Assembly: GCA_963708025.1 (NCBI GenBank)
Contig: CAVPSB010000011.1
Location: 1 to 64,000 of the forward strand
Direction: 5' to 3'
Origin: an uncultured Candidatus Rokubacteria bacterium
Lineage (GTDB): Bacteria > Methylomirabilota > Methylomirabilia > Rokubacteriales > DASRDR01
Length of the DNA stretch: 64,000 nucleotides
Positions within the stretch are counted from its first letter, which is position 1. Every line of letters starts with the position of its first letter. The notes below the pieces were generated by a model. The model was not told the DNA's origin, did no database searches, and was given only the letters and a program-made list of their open reading frames with translations. The position numbers and the translations under genes were made by a program. This document shows positions 40,190 to 49,210 of the stretch, in pieces.

Positions 40190-40709
40190 CCCGGCGTGCC
40201 GCGGCGGTGCTCGACCAGGTGCTCGGCCTCTATCCGGATTTCCCGCCGGCGCTGATGGCGCGCGCTACCGAGCGGCTGCTTCGACGCGAGATCGGGCCCG
40301 CGATCGCCGACCTCGGAGCTATCCGATGTTGCGGGCGCGCGACGTGAAAGCGCTGACCCTGCGCGCCGGGATCTGGATGGAGGTCGGGGAGGGCGAGCGG
40401 GCGCCGGGCGACTGGAACGCGGTGCCGGAGGTCGATGCCGACGATGCAACCGGACTACTGAATCGCTCCCGGGTCCTGATCAACCTCGATCGATCCGAAG
40501 AAGCGCGCCGCGACCTCGACAAGCTGCTCGGCGCCCGGCCGGATCTACCCGAGGCCCACTATTTCCGTGCCGGGTGCCGCGAGCGGCTCGGTGACGCAGC
40601 GGGCTCGGCGGATGACTTCGAGCGCGCGCTGCCGGCAGTCGGCGACGCCGCCGGCCGTACCCGGATCGAAGAGCGCATCGCGCGACTGCGCGGCGGGCCT
40701 CTGGTCTAG
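40190..40709 (+). pseudogene. TPR-repeat protein fragment
   Basis: TPR-like helices (ALMARATERL...AIADL; LLNRSRVLINL..EEARRDL; AHYFRAGCRERLGD..GSADDF); no clear start. Confidence 0.55.
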
Positions 40710-40745
40710 AGCGGGCCACTCACGGGGGCTTCGGGCGCTCGGAGC

Positions 40746-41070
40746 TCACCGGCAGGCATCACGTTCGTTGCCGGGAGCAGTTGGGCGGGCTGGTGCTACT
40801 GTCGGGCCCGCAGCCGCCAGATGGCCCGGCTCGGGCATCCGCTCACTCTCGGTAGTCCAGCCCCACCGCAGCGAGCCTGGCCTTGAAGGCGGCCCGGTCG
40901 CGAACCGGATGAAGGCTCGCCCCAGCTCCGGCGCCATGCTCTGGGCACCCAGGACGGCCGAGTAGGTGGTCACCTTCTGGAGCTCTTTCGGCAAGGGTCC
41001 GACCAGCCTGACACCTCTCACGGGGATGATCTCGCTGATCCGGTGGACGACCAGCTCGATCTCGCCCAGA
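40746..41070 (-). pseudogene. Fragment of a ModA-like (SBP_bac_11) substrate-binding protein
   Basis: GEIELVVHRISEIIPVRGVRLVGPLPKELQKVTTYSA only. Confidence 0.5.
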
Positions 41071-41430
41071 CGAAGGTCATCGTGAACACGGTGGAGGCGG
41101 CGCCCCACCACCCCTGGTACGTGATGGTCGTCCGGACCGACTTCCTGAAGGAGAACCGTGACGCGGTGGTCCGGGCCGTCGACTCACCTCAGCCTCACGA
41201 CGCGATGCGACGCTCATCGGCCCGCCCACTAGCGCGGATCATTCGCGAGGCGTGGTGAACTGCGAGGAGCGGATGGCGTCGGGGGCCGCTCCCAGCGCGG
41301 AGCATCCCGTTTCTAGGGGCTCGCGGGCTGGCTTCAAGTTGGGGACGAAACCGGCGGGCGCATGTAGGGCCGCAGATGCGAGCACTGGGAGCGGGCGCCG
41401 GCGCCAGGCCCTGCCCCCCCCACGACGGCT

Positions 41431-42707
41431 TCACGAATGGATCGGGCTAGGGCAGCGGTCGCGGCGCATCGCGCCGCGGAGGATCGGGGCCACCTCCCCG
41501 TACAGCTCGGTGACCGCGCGGGCGATGCAGGGCCAGCCGAAGCCCCGCGCCCACTCCGCGGCCCGGGCGCCGAGCCGACGCCGGCAGCCCTCGTCCTCCA
41601 GCAAGTGCGCGATCGCGCCGGCGAGAGCCTGGGCATCGCCCTCGGGCACCAGGAGGCCGGTCACCTCGTCCTGGACGGTGACCGCCAGCCCGCCGACCCG
41701 GGAGCCGACCACCGGCACGCCGCACGCCATGGCCTCCAGCGCCACCATGCCGAAGGACTCGTAGAGCGAGGGCATCAGGCAGACATCGGCCGCGACGTAG
41801 TAGTCGGGGAGCCGGTCCTGCGGCTGGGGGCCCCGGAAGTCCACCCACGCCGCGACGCCGAGGTCGGCGGCCATGCGCCGGAACGGCGCGCGCGCTCCGC
41901 GTCCCAGTGCTCCTCCTTGTCCCCGCCGACCACGACCAGCCGGACGTCGGCGCGGCCCAGGCCGTTGGCCTTGGCGGCCGCCAGGGCGTGCAGGAGCGTG
42001 GTGAGGCCCTTGATGGGCGTGAGCCGACCGACGAAGAGGAGCACGCGCTCGGCGTCGAGCCCCAGACGCGATCGGGCCTGCCGCGCGTCCCCCGGCTGGA
42101 ACAGCTCGAGGTCCACGCCGCACGGGATCACGCGGATCCGCTCGACGTCCGCGCCGAGGGCCCGGGCGAGATGGGCCCGCTCCACCGGGTTGGACGCCAC
42201 GACGCGATCGGCGGAGGCCGCGAGGCGCCGCTCGGCCGCCAGCCGCTCCTCGGGCTCCCGCTCGGCCTCGCTCCGGGCGACGGCGTTCTTCAGCGCCCCG
42301 AGCGTGTGGAACATCTGGATGACCGGGCGGTCCCAGCGACGGCGCAGCTCGAGGGCCGCCACCCCCGACAGCCAGTAGTGGCTGTGCAGGAGCGCGTAGT
42401 CGAGGCCCTCCCGGCGGCGGAAGGCCTCGACGCCGTCCACGAAGGCATCGAGATGCGCCAGGAGCGCGCCCCGCGGCAGCGGCCGCGCCGGCCCGGCCGG
42501 GACGTGGATCACGCGCGCGTCCGGGCCGAGCGTCACGACCTCGGGAATGGCCGGGTCCTGGCTTCGGGTGAAGACGTCCACCGGGACGCCGCCCCGCCCC
42601 AGCTCCCGCGCCAGCTCCCGGACGTAGACGTTCATCCCGCCCGTTTCCTTGCCGCCGAGAGCGGCCAGGGGGCAGGTGTGGACGGAAAGCAGCGCGACCC
42701 GCGCCAT
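41431..42707 (-). CDS. MshA-like GT4 glycosyltransferase (frameshift ~41890)
   Basis: SVHTCPLAALGGKETGGMNVYV, HSHYWLSG, FHTLG, FVGRL..IKG, ESFGMVALEAMACG. Confidence 0.9.
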
Positions 42708-43702
42708 CAGCTCCGCTCCAGGGTGATGCGAAGCACGTCCGTCGGGACCGCGCCGAACCCGTACTTGTACGGCTCGTCGCCGCGCAGGAAGTCGTAACGC
42801 CGGAAGCCGCGGGCGATGGCGTCCTCGATCGTCCGGGCGATCAGCACGACCCCGGGCGACAGCGCCCGGGCGGCGGGGTCGAAGCCGGAGTTGTAGAGGC
42901 CAATCGACCCGCCGTACTCGAGGCAGAAGAGCGCCGCCGCCGGCTGGTCCTCGAGCCAGAGGAGCCAGAGCGCCGCCCAGCCCGCCGCGGCGAGCTCGGC
43001 GCCGACGTCCCGGAAGAAGCGCTCCATCGTCTCGTCCATGAAGCGCGCCTTGCCGACCTTGGACTTCCGATGGAGGGCGACGAAGCTGTCCATGAGGGCG
43101 GTGATCGCGGCGGGGCTGCGCGCCACCTCGATCCGCGGATTGCCGCTCTCGGCCCGGCGGAGCTTCCGCCGAAGCTCGTGGCGGTCCTTGCCGGACAGGG
43201 TGGCCAGGTAGTCGTCCCAGGACGGGGGCAGCCCGATGACCGGACAGCGCTCCTCGCGCTCGACGCGACAGCCGAAGCCGGCCGCCCGCGCCAGATCCGG
43301 AAGCAGCGCGGCGGTGGGCGAGCCGGCGGGCACGGGGCGGAGGTCCAGGGCGTGCCACGGGGTCTCCGGGAGGACGGCCAGCGCCGCCTTCCACACGGCC
43401 TCCTCGTGACCGGCCACGGCGACCAGGTCGAGGTAGTCCGCCACGTCCACCCCACCCACCAGGCGCAGGACGCGACCTTCGGCGGTCTCCGTCTCGTACA
43501 GCGGCAGCGCGCCCACCCACTCGGCGGCGGCGTCCTGGAATCCCAGGAGGTGCAGAGACCCCTCCCCGAAGGCCCGCCACCATCGGGTCTGGAACTGCCA
43601 GGTGAGGAAGGGGACGCAGGTATGCGAGCGCTCGACCAGGCGATTCCAGGTCGCCTCGTCCAGGCCCTGCGCGCCCCAGGCAGGGAGGCGCTCTATCCGC
43701 AC
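42707..43702 (-). CDS. GNAT-family (CelD/BcsL, Acetyltransf_6) protein
   Basis: PFLTWQF, DYLDL, WDDYLATLSGKDRHELRRKLRR, SPGVVL, YDFLRGDEPYKY. Confidence 0.88.
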   Translation of the reverse strand: MRIERLPAWGAQGLDEATWNRLVERSHTCVPFLTWQFQTRWWRAFGEGSLHLLGFQDAAAEWVGALPLYETETAEGRVLRLVGGVDVADYLDLVAVAGHEEAVWKAALAVLPETPWHALDLRPVPAGSPTAALLPDLARAAGFGCRVEREERCPVIGLPPSWDDYLATLSGKDRHELRRKLRRAESGNPRIEVARSPAAITALMDSFVALHRKSKVGKARFMDETMERFFRDVGAELAAAGWAALWLLWLEDQPAAALFCLEYGGSIGLYNSGFDPAARALSPGVVLIARTIEDAIARGFRRYDFLRGDEPYKYGFGAVPTDVLRITLERS

Positions 43703-43789
43703 CGGTCTGCTCCGAGCATCCCGCTCCCCGATGATGAGATGTGAAATCGTGAGGGGTCGATGCCGCTCAGCCCCTCCCCGAAAAGAAAC

Positions 43790-44164
43790 TCAGAGGCCGT
43801 CCGAGTCCGACTCGCCGGAGGGCTCCGACGTGTCTCCCTCGCCTCCGGCTTCCTGCTCGGTGACCTCGTCGACCATCTCGTTCCAGTCCTCACCGACGTC
43901 GTCGCCCATCGCCCCTCCCATCTTCTTCATCCACCGGGCGACGCTTCGCGGGTCGTTCTCGTCGAGGTCGCCGAGCTGACCGGGATCGGCCAGGGACTCG
44001 AGTCGGTCATCCTCCGAGCGGATCGTCGCGAATCGAGACATGAGCCGCGTCAGTTGCTGTCCGCCACACTGGGGACAGTGGGGAGTGGCCGGGTCCGAGA
44101 TGCGCATCACCAGCAGGCTCACCCGTCGGCGGCAATCTGCGCAGTGATACTCGTAAATCGGCAT
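43790..44164 (-). CDS. FmdB-family zinc-ribbon protein
   Basis: MPIYEYHCADC...CPQCG; promoter TTGACC-N17-TAGAAT at 44209-44181. Confidence 0.88.
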   Translation of the reverse strand: MPIYEYHCADCRRRVSLLVMRISDPATPHCPQCGGQQLTRLMSRFATIRSEDDRLESLADPGQLGDLDENDPRSVARWMKKMGGAMGDDVGEDWNEMVDEVTEQEAGGEGDTSEPSGESDSDGL

Positions 44165-44387
44165 CGGGAGCTCCGCCCGAATTCTACTGGTGAGACACGG
44201 GCCGGTCAAGGAAGCCCAGGAGGTAACAGTCACTTATGAGCCGGGACGGGAAGCAGACCGATCAGGCAAGATCTCGCGCGACGAGGTGCGGCGGGCAGGC
44301 GCAGCCGAGCCGAAGCGCCGGGACGCTCGACTGCCGGTTCGCGCCGACCGCTGACGGCGTTGTCAGGGCCGGCCGCGGCCGACCGTG

Positions 44388-44582
44388 CTACCAGCCGTGC
44401 TTCATCAGGGTCAGCATGATGACGATCGACGTCACCACCGAGGCCAGGTAGCCGATCACGATTCCGACCAGGTAGTCATGCCCGCCCTGTGGCGCGCCCC
44501 GATCGAGGTGACCCTCGGCATGAGCCGTCGGCGGCCGCCAGGCGACTGCGTCGAACCCTCGGGCCTTCCAGGGACCTCCCAT
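44388..44582 (-). CDS. Small protein with C-terminal TM helix
   Basis: SD GGAGGAGG; YLVGIVIGYLASVVTSIVIMLTLM. Confidence 0.6.
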   Translation of the reverse strand: MGGPWKARGFDAVAWRPPTAHAEGHLDRGAPQGGHDYLVGIVIGYLASVVTSIVIMLTLMKHGW

Positions 44583-44638
44583 GGCGCTCACCTCCTCCTG
44601 CTCAGTCCATGCTGGCGAGTGTGCCTGCCCATGTACCA

Positions 44639-44654
44639 AGCAAGTGCAATGCCA
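44639..44654 (-). promoter_or_regulatory. sigma54 promoter
   Basis: TGGCATT-GCAC-TTGCT on the minus strand. Confidence 0.65.
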
Positions 44655-44831
44655 CGGAACGGCGCCTCGGTCCCGAGAGAGGTAACTGCACGTCCGGTCA
44701 CGCATTTGGGACGGTGCGGGCCCTCCCGGCTCGTCGGGTGGGCGATCCCGTTCGTCCGGCAGGGACTGCACACGAGACGGGCAGGCTGGCCGGCACCGAG
44801 GCACCCTGGCCCGTTTCTGACCTGCCAGGGG

Positions 44832-45695
44832 TCAGCGGGCGAGGGCGACGCAGGCCACGCCGGCCAGGATGACGGCGGCCCCGGCCAGCCGCGGCCCCAG
44901 CCGGCCCTCCCCGAGCCACCAGCTCCCGATGAACGCCGAGAGCACGATGGAGAGCTCGCGGGCGGCCACCACGTAGCCGACCTTCGAGAGCCGGAAAGCG
45001 AACAGGACCAGAAGGTACGCGGTGAGGTTCAGGGCGGCGGCGACCAGGATGGCCCGCCGGTTCACCGCCCACTCGCGACGCAAGGCCTCGGGATCGCGGA
45101 GGACGGCGGGAGCGAGGAGCAGTGCCGAGCCGATCCCGAGGAGTGCGATGTACGGAACGGGGTTGAGGCGGGCGACGCCGGCCTTGTCGACCAGCGAGTA
45201 GGCGGCGATCGTGAGGCCGGTCAGCACGGCCCAGAACGTCCCGGGGCCGGTCGGGGGGGTGCTGACCGGACCGGCGGCGGCCGGAACCCGATGGACGGCG
45301 ACGATCCCGACGACGACCAGGAAGACCCCGAGCGCTCCCAGCCCGGACAGGCGCTCGTCGAAGATGCTCCAGGCGAGAGCCGGAACGAGGGCGACGCCCA
45401 GTCCCCGGGCGATCGGATAGACGCGGGAGAAATCGCCGGAGCGGTAGGCTCGGCCGAGCGCGTAGAAGTAGAGGGCGTGGAGGAGCACGGTGGCCACCAC
45501 GAACGGCCAGGCGCCGGGCGGCACGCCCCCCGCTCGCCACGCGATCCAGAGACCGACCGGACACAGCACGAGTGAGGCCAGCGAGACCGAGGACCACAGG
45601 AAGGGCAGCGGCTCCCGCGCCCGCTTGGCGAGCGCGTTCCACGTGGCGTGGAGGATGGCGGCGCCCACGACCAGCGCCAGCGCCGCCGGAGTCAC
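44832..45695 (-). CDS. EamA/DMT-family transporter
   Basis: LHATWN, GDFSRVYPIARG, YSLVDK, ARELSI. Confidence 0.92.
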   Translation of the reverse strand: MTPAALALVVGAAILHATWNALAKRAREPLPFLWSSVSLASLVLCPVGLWIAWRAGGVPPGAWPFVVATVLLHALYFYALGRAYRSGDFSRVYPIARGLGVALVPALAWSIFDERLSGLGALGVFLVVVGIVAVHRVPAAAGPVSTPPTGPGTFWAVLTGLTIAAYSLVDKAGVARLNPVPYIALLGIGSALLLAPAVLRDPEALRREWAVNRRAILVAAALNLTAYLLVLFAFRLSKVGYVVAARELSIVLSAFIGSWWLGEGRLGPRLAGAAVILAGVACVALAR

Positions 45696-45731
45696 GGCTC
45701 AGAGGGTGTGAAGGAATCGGGGCCTCCGGCT

Positions 45732-45780
45732 CCCCCCTCCCCCCGGTGGGTGGGGGAGGGGGGCTGGGGGGGTGGGAGGG
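45732..45780. repeat. C-rich/G-rich REP-like hairpin variant
   Basis: Near-identical to 34186-34215. Confidence 0.6.
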
Positions 45781-45794
45781 AGGTCCCGAACATC

Positions 45795-47444
45795 TCAGAT
45801 CGCGAGACTACCGCCGCCTTCGCGGCGGTACGCCGTCGGGTCGAGGATCACGTTGAGGCAGGCGACCCGCCCCGAGGCGAGGGCGCGCTCGAGGGCCGGG
45901 CGGAGGCGCGTCGGATCCTCGATCGTCTCGCCGATCCCGCCGAGCGCCTCGGCGATCCGGTCGTAGCGCGTCAGCGGGAGCGAGGTGCCGACCAGGCGCT
46001 CGCGGCCGTAGAAGCTCTCCTGGATCGTCCGGATCATCCCCCACCCGCCGTCGTTCCCCACGACGCAGACCAGCGGCAGGTCGAAGCGCACCGCCGTCTC
46101 CAGCTCCATGCCGTTGAGCCCGAAGGCGCCGTCGCCCGAGAGCAGGAGCACCCGCCACTCGGGATGGAGCAGCTTCGCCGCGATGGCGAACGGCGGGCCG
46201 ACCCCGAGGACACCGAGCGGCCCCGGGTCGAGCCACTGCGCCGGCCGGGAGAGCGGCACGATCTTGGACGCGCAGGTGACGACGTCGCCGCCGTCGGCGA
46301 CCAGGCAGGTGGCCGCGTCCATCACCGCGGCCAGCTCGGCGGCGAGACGGTAGTGGCTGATGGGCGTCTGGTCGGAGGCGGCCAGGACGGCCTGCTTGGC
46401 CTGCTCCGCGTCCTCCTTCTCCCGGAGGCGGCGGCGCCACGCCTCGGTCCGCCGGGCGGCGCCGGCCGGCACGGCATCGGCCAGCGCCGCGAGGGCCAGC
46501 CGGATGTCGGCGGCGAGGCCCACGTCCACCGGCCGGTTCCGCCCGAAGTCGCCGGCGTCGGCGTCCACCATCACGAGCCGCGCCCCCTCGGCGATCGCCG
46601 GCGGCCGGCCGTAGCCAAGCCGGAAGTCCAGCGGCGTGCCGAGGACGAGGACGAGGTCGGCCTCCCGGAGCGCCGTGCCGCGGGCGAGCTGGAACGCCAT
46701 CGGGTGCGCGCCCGGGAGGCAGCCCCGGCCCATTCCGTTGGTGAAGACCGGCACCCCGGACCGCTCGGCGAAGGCCGCCAGGGCCGCGGCGGCGCCGTCC
46801 CAGTAGACCCCGCTGCCCGCGACGACCGCCGGCCGCTCGGCGGCGGCGAGGAGCGCCGCCGCTCGCTCGATCTCGGCCGCCACCGGCGCCGGCCGACCGA
46901 CCGGACCTCGCTCGGGGAGCGGGGCGTCGGCGGCGTCGATACTGCCCATGAGGAGATCGACCGCGATCTCGACGAAGACGGGACCGGGACGGCCGTCGAG
47001 CGCCGTCCGGACGGCCCGGGTCAGGTACTCGGGGATCAGCCGCGTCTCCGGCACCGCCCAGGCGCCCTTGGTGATGGAGCGGAAGAGGGCGACCTGCTCC
47101 ATCTCCTGGAGGGCGCCCATCCCCTTGAGCGCGAGCGGCGAGGCGCCACCGATCAGGAGGAGCGGGCTCCGGGCGGCGAAGGCGTTGGCGACGCCGGTCA
47201 CCGCGTCGGTCACGCCGGGGCCCGGCACCACGGCCGCCACCCCGAGCCCCCGGGTGAGCCGGGCGTACGCGTCGGCGGCGTGGGCGGCCGCCTGCTCGTG
47301 GCGGGTGTTGACGACCGCGATGCCGTCCTTGAGGCAGGCGTCGTAGATCGGCAGGATGTGGCCGCCGCAGAGCGTGAAGAGATGCCGCACGCCCTCCCGG
47401 GCTAGCACCTTCGTCACCAGCTCGCCACCCGTCACGTCCGCCAT
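45795..47444 (-). CDS. TPP-dependent enzyme (acetolactate synthase-like / 2-hydroxyacyl-CoA lyase-like)
   Basis: RHEQAAAHAAD, GPGVT, GDGAFG...NDGGWG. Confidence 0.92.
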   Translation of the reverse strand: MADVTGGELVTKVLAREGVRHLFTLCGGHILPIYDACLKDGIAVVNTRHEQAAAHAADAYARLTRGLGVAAVVPGPGVTDAVTGVANAFAARSPLLLIGGASPLALKGMGALQEMEQVALFRSITKGAWAVPETRLIPEYLTRAVRTALDGRPGPVFVEIAVDLLMGSIDAADAPLPERGPVGRPAPVAAEIERAAALLAAAERPAVVAGSGVYWDGAAAALAAFAERSGVPVFTNGMGRGCLPGAHPMAFQLARGTALREADLVLVLGTPLDFRLGYGRPPAIAEGARLVMVDADAGDFGRNRPVDVGLAADIRLALAALADAVPAGAARRTEAWRRRLREKEDAEQAKQAVLAASDQTPISHYRLAAELAAVMDAATCLVADGGDVVTCASKIVPLSRPAQWLDPGPLGVLGVGPPFAIAAKLLHPEWRVLLLSGDGAFGLNGMELETAVRFDLPLVCVVGNDGGWGMIRTIQESFYGRERLVGTSLPLTRYDRIAEALGGIGETIEDPTRLRPALERALASGRVACLNVILDPTAYRREGGGSLAI

Positions 47445-47454
47445 GCGCTTGCCC

Positions 47455-48159
47455 CTACCAGAATTTCTCGTAGCGAATCTTGCGGCGCTCCATCCCACGC
47501 GCCAGGCAGAGCTCGCGCGCCGTCTTGACGAGCGCGCCACCCCCGCACAGGAGCGCCTCGTGGTCCTCGAGCCGCCCGGTGGATCGCTCCACCACCGCCA
47601 GCACCGAGCCGACCTCGCCGGGCCAGGCGGGATCCGGGGCCGACAGGATCGGCCGGTAGCGGAACCGGGCGTGGCGGGCGGCAAGAGCCTGGAGTTCGGC
47701 GTCGTAGAGCAGGTGCCCAGGCATTGGCGCGGTGAAGTAGAGGGTCATCGGGCGCGGGAAGCCCTGCTCCTCCTGGGCGAGGAGGATGGAGCGAAACGGG
47801 ACGACGCCGATCTCTTCCGCGACCATCAGGACCGGTGCCGTCGAATCCCGGATCAGCGTCAGCGTGCCGAGCGGGGGCTGGAACCGCACCTCGTCCCCCA
47901 CCCGCAGGTCTCGGAAGTAGCGGGAACCCGAGCCGCCCGGCTTGACGTCCACGCAGAGACGGATCAGCCGGCGCTCCGACGGCGGCGAGGCCATCGAGTA
48001 GGGCCGGACCGTCTTGGCGTCGAGCGGGATCGCGATCCACTGGCCGGCCTCGAAGGCCAGCTCGGGCGGCTCGACCATGGCCAGGTCCACCTCGAGGACG
48101 ATGGGGTCCAGCCAGCGGACGGCGGCGACGCGAGCGCGACACGAGGGCGCCCTCGGCAC
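47455..48159 (-). CDS. FAD/NAD(P)-binding oxidoreductase (FNR-like)
   Basis: AGQW, RPYSMAS, GSGSRYF, LCGG, EKFW. Confidence 0.88.
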   Translation of the reverse strand: MPRAPSCRARVAAVRWLDPIVLEVDLAMVEPPELAFEAGQWIAIPLDAKTVRPYSMASPPSERRLIRLCVDVKPGGSGSRYFRDLRVGDEVRFQPPLGTLTLIRDSTAPVLMVAEEIGVVPFRSILLAQEEQGFPRPMTLYFTAPMPGHLLYDAELQALAARHARFRYRPILSAPDPAWPGEVGSVLAVVERSTGRLEDHEALLCGGGALVKTARELCLARGMERRKIRYEKFW

Positions 48160-48171
48160 GGCGCCGCCCCG

Positions 48172-49107
48172 TCATTCCCGGCGGAACTGCGGGAGGACGT
48201 CGGCCGCGAAGCGCTCGATCTGCTCGGCCGCCCGCTCCACGCCGGCGGTGAAGCCCAGCACGAAGGTCCGGGCGCCGGCCTCCACGAAGCGGGCGAGCGT
48301 CTCGGCGCACTGCGCCGGCGGCCCGAGCACGGCGTACTTCTTGACCAGCTCGTCGAATGGCTGGTTGTACTGGCGGGTGAGGTAGCGGGTGGCGGCCGCG
48401 CGCGCCTGCTCCCAGTCGTCGTCGATGACGGTGAAGGCGAGGTGCGCGGGCTCGAAGCCGCGACCGTCCTCCAGCGAGCGGCCCGCCTCGTTCGCGAAGG
48501 CCCGGATCTTCTCGAGGCTCTCCCGGTAGCGCTCGGGCGTCACCACGTAGGAGATCCAGCCGTCCCCGACCCGCGCCGCCCGACGGAGCGCGTGGTCGGA
48601 TCGGCCGCCGATCCAGATCGGGGGACCGCCTTCCTGGACCGGTCGCGGCGAGAGCGAGACGTCCGTGAAGCGGAGGAAGCGGCCCTCGAACGAGGCAGGC
48701 GCCTTCGTCCAGAGGAGCCGGCACACCTCGATCCCCTCGTCCACGCGCCGGCCCCGCTCGGCGTGGGGAACGCCGACGGCCTCGAACTCCTTGGGGAACT
48801 CGCCGCCCACGCCCACGCCGAAGACGAGCCGCCCGCCCGAGAGGACGTCGACGGTGGCCGCGGTCTTGGCCGCGATCGTCGGCTGGCGGAGGGCGAGGAG
48901 GTAGACCGACGTCCCGAGGCGCACGCGGCGGGTGAGCGCCGCCAGGTGGCTCAGGAGGGTGAGCGACTCGAAGGTCGGGTTGTGGAACTGGACGTGGTCA
49001 CCGGTCCAGATCGAGTCGTAGCCCAGCGCCTCGATCCGCGTGGCGAGCGCCCGCACGGTGTCCGGCGGCGCGAAGGCCAGGCTGACACCGAAGCGGACCT
49101 CGGGCAT
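48172..49107 (-). CDS. LLM-class flavin/F420-dependent oxidoreductase
   Basis: GYDSIWTGDH, LSGGRLVFGVGVG, PPIWIGG, GDGW. Confidence 0.92.
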   Translation of the reverse strand: MPEVRFGVSLAFAPPDTVRALATRIEALGYDSIWTGDHVQFHNPTFESLTLLSHLAALTRRVRLGTSVYLLALRQPTIAAKTAATVDVLSGGRLVFGVGVGGEFPKEFEAVGVPHAERGRRVDEGIEVCRLLWTKAPASFEGRFLRFTDVSLSPRPVQEGGPPIWIGGRSDHALRRAARVGDGWISYVVTPERYRESLEKIRAFANEAGRSLEDGRGFEPAHLAFTVIDDDWEQARAAATRYLTRQYNQPFDELVKKYAVLGPPAQCAETLARFVEAGARTFVLGFTAGVERAAEQIERFAADVLPQFRRE

Positions 49108-49210
49108 CGTGGCTCAGTCGGGCCGGGGGGGAGCTACGCGCTCCTCCCCCGGCCCCCCCCTCCGGCTGACCCGACGGTCACCGAGCAATATGCCACGAAA
49201 TGCACGCCTC

